Shown: one piece after another, positions 42,761-51,867 of the stretch
Layout of the letters: every line of letters starts with the position of its first letter
Numbering within the stretch: position 1 is the first letter of the stretch
Assembly: GCA_965240325.2 (NCBI GenBank)
Contig: OZ251241.1
Coordinates: 992,001 to 1,056,000, forward strand
Direction: 5' to 3'
DNA length: 64,000 nucleotides
Source of the DNA: Rebecca billardiae RCC1528
Lineage: Eukaryota; Protista; Haptophyta
Translations under genes and position numbers: made by a program
The notes under the pieces: generated by a model
Told to the model about the DNA's origin: nothing
Seen by the model: only the letters and a program-made list of their open reading frames with translations
Database searches by the model: none

Positions 42761-44488
42761 CTACGCGGCGCCACCCGGTAGTGGCCCCAGCCCGGCGCGC
42801 AGCCACTCCGCCTCGGGCGGCACGCGCCTCCGGTCGAGCCTGCGCGCGGCCGCCTTGCGCGCCGCCTCGCGCCAGTCCTCCGCATCGATCAGCTCCTCTC
42901 CCAGGATGCGGAGCACGTCGGGCACGTCGACGTTGAACGAGCGGCGCGTCATCGCGAGCGTGCACGGCTCCTCGTCGTGCTCCCGCCTGCGGAACGCCGC
43001 GTTCGCCTCGAACCCCGCCAGCCCGTCGGTGAGCCCGCCGGTCGGCGGCAGCCAGGTGCGGTGGCGCAGCAGCGCGGCATTCGCCATGGCGCCATAAAAT
43101 GCGCCGAGCCGGCCGCACATGAAGGGCAGAAGCTCGAGGACGAGCGCGCCGGGGCGCATCCACAGCACGTTGGTCAGCCCCGCGCCGTGCGGCGCCACCA
43201 GCGCCGCCGTCTCGGACAGCAGCCGCACCGTCGACGCGAGCGGCTGGCCGAAGTCGTACACGCGCGCCGGCACGCGCGCGCCATGCGCCGCGCGCATCGC
43301 GGCCAGCAGCTCGCGGTCGTTGATCACGCGGCGGTGGGCGGGGCGGTTGGCGAGGAGGATCCAGCCGGAGGAGGGCGGCGCGGGCGGCGCCGAGGCGGGG
43401 AGCAGCGCGCCGCCCGGCGCCGCGTACGCCCGGCGCACCGCCGCCGCCCAGCGCAGCGCGTTCGCCGAGAGCTCGGCGCCGCCGCGCGCCGGGTGGCGCT
43501 GCCAGCGCGCGGGGTGCCAGTTGTATGCTTCGTTAAAATGTAACGTCCAGCCGGAGCCGCCGACGACGACGGGCGGCAGGCTGAGCGGCGCGCGCGCGCG
43601 CGTCGCCGCGGCGTGCAGCGCGCGGAGCGGCACGCGCGGCCGCGTGCTCAGCACCGCGCTCAGCGCCTCGAACGCGGCATCGGTCGATTGACGAAACTCG
43701 GCCGGCCGCAGCAGCAGCAGCACGACGCGCGACGGGTCGACGCGCGCCGAGCCCTGCGCGCGCGAGATGAGCGCGTAGAGCGGCAGGAACCAGTCGTTCA
43801 TCGCGTGGCAGAAGTTGGGGTGCCACGGGCCTACCGCGTACACGTGCGTGCCCGCCGCCGCCGCCGCCTCGCCCCCGCCGCCGCCGCCGCCGCCGCGCGC
43901 GGTCGGCGGTGGCACAGCCCACGGCGTCGGCGCGCCGCCGAGCTCGCGCACGACGCGCATGGGCACGCGGTGCTCCGGGTTGGTCTCCTGCGGGCCCGCC
44001 ATCTCGGGGAGCTCGTGCGCCTCCGCGCTGAGGAACGCGAACGCCTCCGACGCCGCGTCGTAGTACAGACTCCGAATCAGGCACGCGCGGCCGAGCGCGC
44101 CCGCGGACGAGTCGTGCACCGTGTCCTCGCAGACGAGCGAGGAGGCGCCGGCGAGTCCGGGCGTGGCGTTGACGAAGGTGAGCGAAGGCACGCTCTCGAT
44201 CGGCGAGCGCGCGCCCGGCGCACCGCCGTATGACGCCGCCGTCGCCGCGGCCGCCAGTCTCGCCGCGGCCGCCACGGCTGCGGCGGCGCGCGCGCGCGCC
44301 AGGCTGTCAGTCTGCCCGGGGCGCGCACCCTTGCGCGGGCGCTCAGAGGCGGCGCGACCGGTGGGCGCCGGTGCGACGAGGAGCGCCGGCGCCATGAGCA
44401 GCAGCGCCACCGCGCACGCGCCCGCGAACGCCGCGCGCGGCTGCCGAGGCCAGCGGGTGCAGGCGAGCGGCGCGCCCGTGGCAGCCAT
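42761..44488 (-). CDS. Glycosyltransferase family 61 (type II membrane protein)
   Basis: N-terminal TM anchor, CLIRSLYY, HPNFCHAMNDWFLPLY, NRPAHRRVIN, and the GT61 signature LVAPHGAGLTNVLWMRPGALVLELLP. Confidence 0.88.
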   Translation of the reverse strand: MAATGAPLACTRWPRQPRAAFAGACAVALLLMAPALLVAPAPTGRAASERPRKGARPGQTDSLARARAAAAVAAAARLAAAATAASYGGAPGARSPIESVPSLTFVNATPGLAGASSLVCEDTVHDSSAGALGRACLIRSLYYDAASEAFAFLSAEAHELPEMAGPQETNPEHRVPMRVVRELGGAPTPWAVPPPTARGGGGGGGGEAAAAAGTHVYAVGPWHPNFCHAMNDWFLPLYALISRAQGSARVDPSRVVLLLLRPAEFRQSTDAAFEALSAVLSTRPRVPLRALHAAATRARAPLSLPPVVVGGSGWTLHFNEAYNWHPARWQRHPARGGAELSANALRWAAAVRRAYAAPGGALLPASAPPAPPSSGWILLANRPAHRRVINDRELLAAMRAAHGARVPARVYDFGQPLASTVRLLSETAALVAPHGAGLTNVLWMRPGALVLELLPFMCGRLGAFYGAMANAALLRHRTWLPPTGGLTDGLAGFEANAAFRRREHDEEPCTLAMTRRSFNVDVPDVLRILGEELIDAEDWREAARKAAARRLDRRRVPPEAEWLRAGLGPLPGGAA

Positions 44489-44596
44489 CGCAGCGTGCTC
44501 GCCGCCCGGCCGCGGGCCGCCCTGCAGCTTGAGCGAGTTCGAACGCGACGGATCGAGTCTCGTGGGCGCGGCTTGCGGACGGGCAGCTCGGCGAGC

Positions 44597-47452
44597 ATGC
44601 GGGGCGTCTGGTGGGCTTGCGTCGCGCTCACGTCGGCGTGGTCCGCTCGCTCGAGCACGCCGCCCGACTCGACGCTCATCGACGACATCGTCGCGCGCAT
44701 GACCGTTGCCGAGCTCGCGCGCAGCGCGCAGGTGTACGCCCCGGCCATCTCTCGCGCCGGCCTGCACCTCCCGGCGTACTCGTTCGCGCAGGAGTGCCTC
44801 GCGGGCGTGGGCGGGGTGGCCGAGAGCACCGCCTTCCCCCACGCCGTCACGCTCGGCGCCTCCTTCGACGCCGAGCTCGTGCGCGACGTCGCGCGCGCCA
44901 TCGGCACAGAGCTGCAGCTGTTGTTTGCGCTCGGTCGGACGCGCTCGCTCTCCTGCCTCGCGCCCAACCTGAACATCGCGCGCGATCCGCGATGGGGGCG
45001 GAGCTACGAGTCGTTCTCAGAGGACCCGGCCGTCGTCGCCGCGCTCGGCAGCGCGTACGTGCGCGGGCTGCAGCAGCTGCCGCCGTCGCGCGCGAGCGCG
45101 GGCGCGGGCAAGGGCACGCGCCCGAACACCGATGGCGCGGGCGCGCGCGCTGCCGAGGAGGAGAAGGACGGAGACGATGAGGAGGCGGGCGACGACGACG
45201 CGCCTCTGCGCGTCGCGTCGCTGCCCAAGCACCTCGGCGCGTACTCGGTCGAGTGCTACGACCCCTCCGGCGCGCCCACCGCCTACCCGGCCTGCCCAGT
45301 GTATCGGACTCGGTTCGATGCGAAACTGCATGCGTCCGAGCTGCATGAGACGTACTTGCCCGCGTGGGTCGCCGCGGTGCGCGGCGCGCGCGCGGCAGGC
45401 GCGATGTGCGCGTACAACGCAGTGAACGGCGTGCCCTCGTGCGCGCACGAGCCCCTCCTGCGCGGTGCGCTGCGCGAGCGCTGGCGCCTCCCCGGCCCTG
45501 TCGTCTCAGACGCCGGCGCCGTCCAAAAGATTTTTTGGTCCGAGGCAGACGGCGGCCACAAGTACGCGCGCGATCCGACCGCCGCGGCCGCGGCGGCGCT
45601 GCGCGCGGGCGTCGACTTGGACTTTGGCGGGTGCTACGCGGCGAGGCTCGCGAACGCGAGCGCGCTCGGCCTCGTCGACGTGCGCCAGCTCCGCGCCGCG
45701 GTCCGGCGCGCGCTGCACACGCGCTGGCGCCTTGGGCTGCTTCCGAGCCGCGCGCACGCGCTTACCGCCGCGCCCGCGCCGCCGGCACCGCCGCCGCCGA
45801 CGGCGGCCGTGGCGGTCGCGCGCGAGCAGGCGGCGACGGCGCTGCGCGCTGCGCTGGATGGCGCACACGCGCGCCTCGCCGAGCGCGCCGCGCTGGCTGG
45901 GCTTGTGCTCGCCAAGCACGACGGGCGCACGCTGCCGCTGCCTCGGCACGCGCGCGCGGCGCGCGCGGCCGCGCCCGCTGCTGACGCGAGCGCTGCGGGC
46001 GCCGCAAGCGGAGCCGACGCGGGCGAGGCGGCTCCAGCGGCCGCGGGGCCGTTCCTGCTTGTCGTCGGCCCCGCGGCGAACGACACCTCCTTCGCCCTCC
46101 GCCGTTACACCGGCTCGCCGAGCGAGGTCCGGCTCGAAACTGCATGGGCCGCCCTTGACGCTGAGGCGCGCGCGGCCGGCTGGGCGGGTGCGCGGCTGGC
46201 CGTGGGCGCGCGCGCTGACCCCGCGCCTCCGGATGCGGAGCTGCGCGCGGCGGCGGTCCGCGCCGCGCGCGGCGCGGGCGCGATCGTGCTCTGCGCCACG
46301 GCCGCGCTGGAGTCTGAGTCTCACGACCGTTTCACGCTCGGCCTGCCGAGCGCGCAAGCGTCGCTTCTCAGCGCGCTCGCGGCCGACGCGCCGTCCTCCG
46401 TCCCCCTCGTGCTCGTCGTGAGCTCAGGCGGGGCCGTCGCCGTGGACGCGGCGCACGCGGCGGAGCGGGTGGGCGCCATCGTGCTGAGCGGCGCGGGCGG
46501 GCAGGCGGCGGGCGTCGCGCTCGCGCGCGCGCTCTTCGCCACCGATGGCGCCGGCTTTGACGGACAGCTCGCCGCCACCGTCTACACAGAGGCCTTCGGC
46601 GCCGCGAGCAACTTTTTGGAAATGTCCGCGCGCGCGCCGCCCGGCCGCGGGCACCGCTTCGTCGAGCGGCAGCTGGTGCTCTACCCGCTCGGCCACGGGC
46701 TGGGGTACACGTCGTTCGAGGCGGCGGCGCGCTGGCGCGCGCACCCTCGCTCTGCGCTGCTCGTCGTCCAGCTCGCCGCCGCCGAGTCAGACGACCACAC
46801 GAAGTTTCGCGGAAACTTCCGCCGGGCGGTGCGGCCGCGCGGACGAGATGCGAGTGGGAGTGCGTGGGAGGCGTCCTCTACGCTGGCGGAGCTCGACGTG
46901 ACCGTGCGCAACGCGGGTGCGGCCCCCGGCTCTCGCGCTGCGATTGCGCTTCTCTCAGCCGCGCCGCCGCCGCACGGGGCCGCCGCGGCGCACGCCTGGC
47001 CGAGGCAGTGGGTGGGGGCGTTCGCGCGCACGCACAGGCTGCCGCCAGGCGGCACGGCACGGGTGCGGGTGCGGCTGCCCTGGAGCGCGATCGCTGCGTA
47101 CGACCCGGATCTCGGCTCAAGCACGGTGCGTCCGGGGGCATACGTCGTGCGGCTGGCCACGGACTGCAAGGGCGGGGAGGAGGCGGCGGCGGTCGCTGCG
47201 GCCGCGTGCGAGCGCGCGCGCAATAATGGCACAACGTCAACGGCCGCAGCCGCTGCGCGCCGCCTCGATGCGCAGGCAATGGGCGCGCACGGCCGTGGCG
47301 ATGCTGCTGGTGCCAGCGGCGCTGTGTCATCGGACGAGGGGCGAAAGGGAGCGTCGGGTGAGGCCGCCAGCGGTAGCGCGCGCACGGACGGTGATGGGTT
47401 CTGCGTGCTGCAGCTGTGTGTGCTGGCGGCAGCACCAGTCAGTCAGCCGTGA
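44597..47452 (+). CDS. Glycoside hydrolase family 3, beta-xylosidase/alpha-L-arabinofuranosidase-like, secreted
   Basis: Signal peptide, STAFPHAVTLGASFD, PNLNIARDPRWGRSYESFSEDP, PKHLGAY, MCAYNAVNGVPSCA, nucleophile VVSDAGAV, LESESHDR, YPLGHGLGYTSF, Fn3-like C-terminus. Confidence 0.92.
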   Translation: MRGVWWACVALTSAWSARSSTPPDSTLIDDIVARMTVAELARSAQVYAPAISRAGLHLPAYSFAQECLAGVGGVAESTAFPHAVTLGASFDAELVRDVARAIGTELQLLFALGRTRSLSCLAPNLNIARDPRWGRSYESFSEDPAVVAALGSAYVRGLQQLPPSRASAGAGKGTRPNTDGAGARAAEEEKDGDDEEAGDDDAPLRVASLPKHLGAYSVECYDPSGAPTAYPACPVYRTRFDAKLHASELHETYLPAWVAAVRGARAAGAMCAYNAVNGVPSCAHEPLLRGALRERWRLPGPVVSDAGAVQKIFWSEADGGHKYARDPTAAAAAALRAGVDLDFGGCYAARLANASALGLVDVRQLRAAVRRALHTRWRLGLLPSRAHALTAAPAPPAPPPPTAAVAVAREQAATALRAALDGAHARLAERAALAGLVLAKHDGRTLPLPRHARAARAAAPAADASAAGAASGADAGEAAPAAAGPFLLVVGPAANDTSFALRRYTGSPSEVRLETAWAALDAEARAAGWAGARLAVGARADPAPPDAELRAAAVRAARGAGAIVLCATAALESESHDRFTLGLPSAQASLLSALAADAPSSVPLVLVVSSGGAVAVDAAHAAERVGAIVLSGAGGQAAGVALARALFATDGAGFDGQLAATVYTEAFGAASNFLEMSARAPPGRGHRFVERQLVLYPLGHGLGYTSFEAAARWRAHPRSALLVVQLAAAESDDHTKFRGNFRRAVRPRGRDASGSAWEASSTLAELDVTVRNAGAAPGSRAAIALLSAAPPPHGAAAAHAWPRQWVGAFARTHRLPPGGTARVRVRLPWSAIAAYDPDLGSSTVRPGAYVVRLATDCKGGEEAAAVAAAACERARNNGTTSTAAAAARRLDAQAMGAHGRGDAAGASGAVSSDEGRKGASGEAASGSARTDGDGFCVLQLCVLAAAPVSQP

Positions 47453-48011
47453 CTCACCGTCCACAGCCACCAGCTGATCTGATTCCGAGTGATCACTGCG
47501 ACACGTCGGTGGTCGTCGGTCTCACCTCGATGGTCGTCTACGCATATAAGCATTGTCAGTGTCATCGTCTAGCATCATCAAATCCAGCAGGCGTGACGAC
47601 GAAATAATATAATATTACCCGACGAGCCTCCGACGGCCGTCGACCGGCCGGCGGCGGCGGCGGCGCTGCGCGGGCCGCCAGGAACCGGGCACTAAGTCAG
47701 CACTTAGTGATGCCACGATCGGACGATCGTTGCCTTGAACCCGCGCGGCTCCGGCTGTGTGCGGAACCGTGCCGGGCGCCACTTGCGACGCCATGTTGCG
47801 GGTGATCATGGTGCCACACTATCTAGTTGGATGTCCGAGATGACGAGCACTGACACCATTCACCATTGGCGCCCTGGGCGGGCCAAGGTGAAGGCCAGAG
47901 GGCATCCGTGAGAACTGCCGCCAGGGCAAAGGATGTGTGAAACGAGCGCAGCTCGAGGCCGAAGGCGGCCGGGCTGGGCACACAGCCGTGCGCGCGCTTG
48001 AGCCGTGCGCG

Positions 48012-49058
48012 CTAGTCCACGCGCACTTTGCGCTTCGGCGCCAGCCGCGCCGCCACCGTGCGCCACGCGCCGAGGTTGGGTGGGTACTTCCACGTCCAGA
48101 CGCCGGCCGAGCAGAGCGCCGCGCCGAGCGCAAACGAGGGCGTGAGGTGGAACTTGTCGGACTTGGAGGCGATGCCGACGAGGGCGAGCGCGACGACCGC
48201 GCCCTGCGAGATGAACTGCTTGCCCACCGCGCCGGCGTACACGACGAGCATCGTGTTGGCCGTCCCGTTGAACACGTGGCCGACGACCGCGCCGACGGTG
48301 ACTGCGTTGAACGATCGCAGATTGCCCAGCAGCCCCGCCTCCGTCTGCGTGGCGAGCGAGCCGTGCAGCAGCATCGAGGCGCAGTAGAAGGCGAGGTTGC
48401 ACACGTGCACGCTCAGCCCCGGCTTGCACACCAGCTTCTCGTACAGCACGAGGTTGAAGCCCGAGCACAGGATGAGGCCAATCGTCGCGAGCAACCGGAG
48501 CGTGCTCACCCACATGACCGAGAAGCGCAGCAGGCACGAGCCGACGACGAGGAGCAGCATGGCCTGGTACTGGTGCGGCTTGAAGCGCGTGCCGAGGATG
48601 AGCCACGAGAACAGCGCGGCGGCGAGCACCTTCAGGTTGCCGAACGTCTGGAAGACCGGCGCCTGCACCTCCTCGAGCACGTAGAACTGCAGGTTCTCCA
48701 TCACCGTGTACACGAGCGCGACGAGCACGAGCTGGGCGAGCTCGGCGGGGGTGAGCCGCATGCGCGGGCGCGGCTGGGGGGTGCGAGCCTCGCGCACCAC
48801 CGCGATCGCCTGGAACGTGAGCAGCAGCGAGTAGCTCGCGAACCACACCGACGGGCTCGCCGCGATCGTGTCGGTCGCGCTCGCGCGCACGCGCGACATG
48901 CGGTTGAGCATCGAGGTGGCGCTCTTGACGGCGCAGCCCATGATGATGGCACCGAGGTAGACCAGCCGGCTGCGCGCCGCATCGGCCGCCGCGCCTGGCT
49001 TCGCCGAGCTCGCCGGCGTCGCCGGCTTCGCCGCCGGCACGCACACGGGCTGGCACAT
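48012..49058 (-). CDS. Nucleotide-sugar transporter (SLC35A / DMT-like)
   Basis: Multi-TM protein with ALVYTVMENLQFY, APVFQTFGNLKVLAAALFSWLILG, CSGFNLVLYEKLVCK, VYAGAVGKQF. Confidence 0.8.
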   Translation of the reverse strand: MCQPVCVPAAKPATPASSAKPGAAADAARSRLVYLGAIIMGCAVKSATSMLNRMSRVRASATDTIAASPSVWFASYSLLLTFQAIAVVREARTPQPRPRMRLTPAELAQLVLVALVYTVMENLQFYVLEEVQAPVFQTFGNLKVLAAALFSWLILGTRFKPHQYQAMLLLVVGSCLLRFSVMWVSTLRLLATIGLILCSGFNLVLYEKLVCKPGLSVHVCNLAFYCASMLLHGSLATQTEAGLLGNLRSFNAVTVGAVVGHVFNGTANTMLVVYAGAVGKQFISQGAVVALALVGIASKSDKFHLTPSFALGAALCSAGVWTWKYPPNLGAWRTVAARLAPKRKVRVD

Positions 49059-49488
49059 GCTTTCCGAGTTCGCGGCGGCTTTTTCACGGCCGGCCGCGAG
49101 CCGATGACGACGGGGTTGCCTCGTGCCTTTCAGCTTGCTGCACGTGAAACGTTCCGTTACAAGCCGTTATTCGAGCGCCGAAACCTCAACCTATCAATCA
49201 TCAATTGTGTGTCCGCCGTGCCGCTCGGAAACTTCCTACGACTTGCCGTCAATCTGTCGTACCACTCCTACAAAGACGGGCTCGCCCTAGTCACGTTCAA
49301 GAATCTCAATTGCGAGGGAATCTCTGGCTAATAGGTGGGCGCCCGCGCCTGTGATGAGGCACCCTGATGAACAGCGCACGTCAACCAGGCGTTGGAAGGC
49401 GTCATCGTCGCTCGCCCGCTGGAGTTGTGCGCGGTTGCCCCCACACGCCCACACGGTGCGCTCGCCAACGCCCGAGTTCGTCGCCGAG

Positions 49489-50928
49489 ATGACGACCACG
49501 ACGAGCCGTGTGGCGCCCAACGGGCTGCCGTACCCCGAGCACAGCGAGGGCCGGACGGTGGCGGCGGGCGACACGAACACGTGGTCCCGCCGCTCGCCCT
49601 TCCTCGCGCGCCTCCCGCTCGACCCGGTGCGCTCGACGCATCCGTTCGTCGTCGCGCAGCCGCGCGACGGCATCGGCGGCGGCATGGGCCTGTTCGTGTA
49701 CATGGGCATCCGCAAGGGCGAGATCGTGTGGGCGGAGCGCGCCAACGCCGGCGGCCTGACCACCGCGCACCCGCGCTCGCGCCAGTGGATCGACGCGCTC
49801 CCGCCCGCGGCGCGCAAGGCTTACCTCCACTTCATGTACAAGACGGGCGAGGACGAGTTCCAGTCGCTCGCCGAGTTCAACGACGTGCCGCCCGAGCGCT
49901 TCCCGGAGGTGCGCACGGTGGACATCTCCAACTACATGAACCACTCGTGCGAGCCCACCTGCTGGTTCGTCGACGGCGGCGAGGGCTTCGAGGCGATGAT
50001 GGTGGCGACGCGCGATCTGATCCCCGGCGACGAGCTGACGTACGACTACTGCACCTCGGAGGACTGCGAGCTGGCGGGCTCGTGGAAGTGCGCGTGCGGC
50101 GCGGCCGGGTGCCGCGGCGAGGTCACCCCCGAGGACTGGCGCCGCCCCGAGCTGCAGGCGCGCTATCACGGCCACTTCCAGCCGCACATTGCCGAGCGCA
50201 TCGCGCACGAGGCCGCGGCGGGCGGCGAGGGCGGCGGCGCCGCCGCCCAGCCCCTCGAGCCGCTCGGCGGCGGCGTGAGCAAAGAGGCGACGTGGTGGCT
50301 GCGCCTGCAGGACGAGCCCCCGGTGGGGCTCTCGCCCGCGCAGCAGCCCCAAAATCTCAAGGCGCTCCCGGCCGACCGCCAGCAGCTGATCGCGCGTGGC
50401 GCGACCGGGAGCGCCCTTGAGCTGATCAACCGCCAGGCGGCCGCGCTCATCTCGCACAACCGGCTGCGCGTGCTCACCAACGAGCGCGTCGGCCGGTTCA
50501 TCGAGGCGGGGCAGGACATCCCGGCGGGTGAGCTCGTGATGCTCCTCCCGCCCAACCTGCTGCTCTGGGACGAGGAGGTCACCGACTACAACAAGGTCGT
50601 CCAGATCGCCACGACCAAGGGCGGCGGCCGCCTCTTCTCGTCGTCGCTGCACGAGCACGACCTCGACAACTTCATCTGCCACTCGTGCGAGCCCAACTGC
50701 GCGGTGCACGTGGGCGAGGACCTGGGCGCGGCGCTCGTGGCGATCAAGACCATCCGCGCCGGCGAGTCGGTCTGCTTCGACTACGACTCCACCGAGGACG
50801 ACCTCCGAGACCACAAGGGCGGCTTCGAGTGCGAGTGCGGCACGGCGCGCTGCCGCAAGAAGGTGCTGGGCCGACACCACTCGCCCGCGCCGGAGCTGTT
50901 GCCCGCGCCCGCGGCGCTCGCCGCGTGA
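49489..50928 (+). CDS. Protein with two tandem SET + post-SET methyltransferase domains (bacterial-type small SET)
   Basis: Domain 1: GMGLF, YMNHSCEPT, GDELTYDY, WKCACGAAGCRG. Domain 2: FICHSCEPN, GESVCFDY, FECECGTARCRK. Confidence 0.88.
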   Translation: MTTTTSRVAPNGLPYPEHSEGRTVAAGDTNTWSRRSPFLARLPLDPVRSTHPFVVAQPRDGIGGGMGLFVYMGIRKGEIVWAERANAGGLTTAHPRSRQWIDALPPAARKAYLHFMYKTGEDEFQSLAEFNDVPPERFPEVRTVDISNYMNHSCEPTCWFVDGGEGFEAMMVATRDLIPGDELTYDYCTSEDCELAGSWKCACGAAGCRGEVTPEDWRRPELQARYHGHFQPHIAERIAHEAAAGGEGGGAAAQPLEPLGGGVSKEATWWLRLQDEPPVGLSPAQQPQNLKALPADRQQLIARGATGSALELINRQAAALISHNRLRVLTNERVGRFIEAGQDIPAGELVMLLPPNLLLWDEEVTDYNKVVQIATTKGGGRLFSSSLHEHDLDNFICHSCEPNCAVHVGEDLGAALVAIKTIRAGESVCFDYDSTEDDLRDHKGGFECECGTARCRKKVLGRHHSPAPELLPAPAALAA

Positions 50929-51867
50929 GCAGGCGCGCGCGTACGGCGCGGGAAGTGTGCCGCGTGGGCGGCACCCGTGCGTGCTCGAGGCCGCGCACGA
51001 CCGGCTGAGCAGCCGAGCGCCGCTCGACCGCTCCGAGCACCGCGCATCTTGGCTCGAGCAAGCGCTCCAGGGCGGGCGGCGGCGCGCAAGCTGCGAGCCG
51101 CGACGCGCACCGTCAACCGTCACAGTGACCGGCAATGCTTGCTTGCCTTCGCACTGGGACCGCTCGCCGCGGCGGCAGTCGCAGCCCACCATACTGCGTC
51201 AGCGCGTTCCCAGCCGCGTCTCCGCGCTCCCCTCGTCCAGTGGCAGCGGCTGGCGGGTCGCTGTCCAAACCGGGCAGAGCCCGTGGATGAGTTGCGGTCT
51301 GATCACGCGCCTGTCACGAGTGAGCGACGCTGCGACGCGGCGACCGGCCGACAGCGCGCGCCTCTGGTACGACTGAACTCTTCAGTCTGAAGTGACGCTC
51401 CGACGACCGATCGACATCAGTCTCGTGGCACTGCCACTGGCAGCAGCTTGCTGCTTCTGACGGCGGCGTCACGTCGTCATCCGGACTCCCGTCCCGAGGC
51501 CGAGTCCCGGGACCGGGTCACTCCGGAGACCGGACGTCCGGACTCACTCCGGTCCGAAGTCGGAAGACACTAGACAGTCTGACAGACGGACTCGGAGTCG
51601 GAAGTGACTCTGACGACTCTGTTCCGAAGTCGAAGACGGCAGACGCAAGCGCTAGACGACTTCGATCAGTACCGGAAGGATGCTGGCTGGCTGGAAGTGG
51701 CAGGGGCACTAGTTCAAGTTGATGAGTCGCGTGCATCACTGACTCTGGACTCTGAGACCGTGCGACATTCAGACTGCGAGAGGTCGTCGCTGGCTGGCGG
51801 CGGAGGCTCAGATCTAGCTCGTGCGCCTAGTTGCCGCGCCAGCGCCAGGGCTGCTCCCTCGTGCTGC

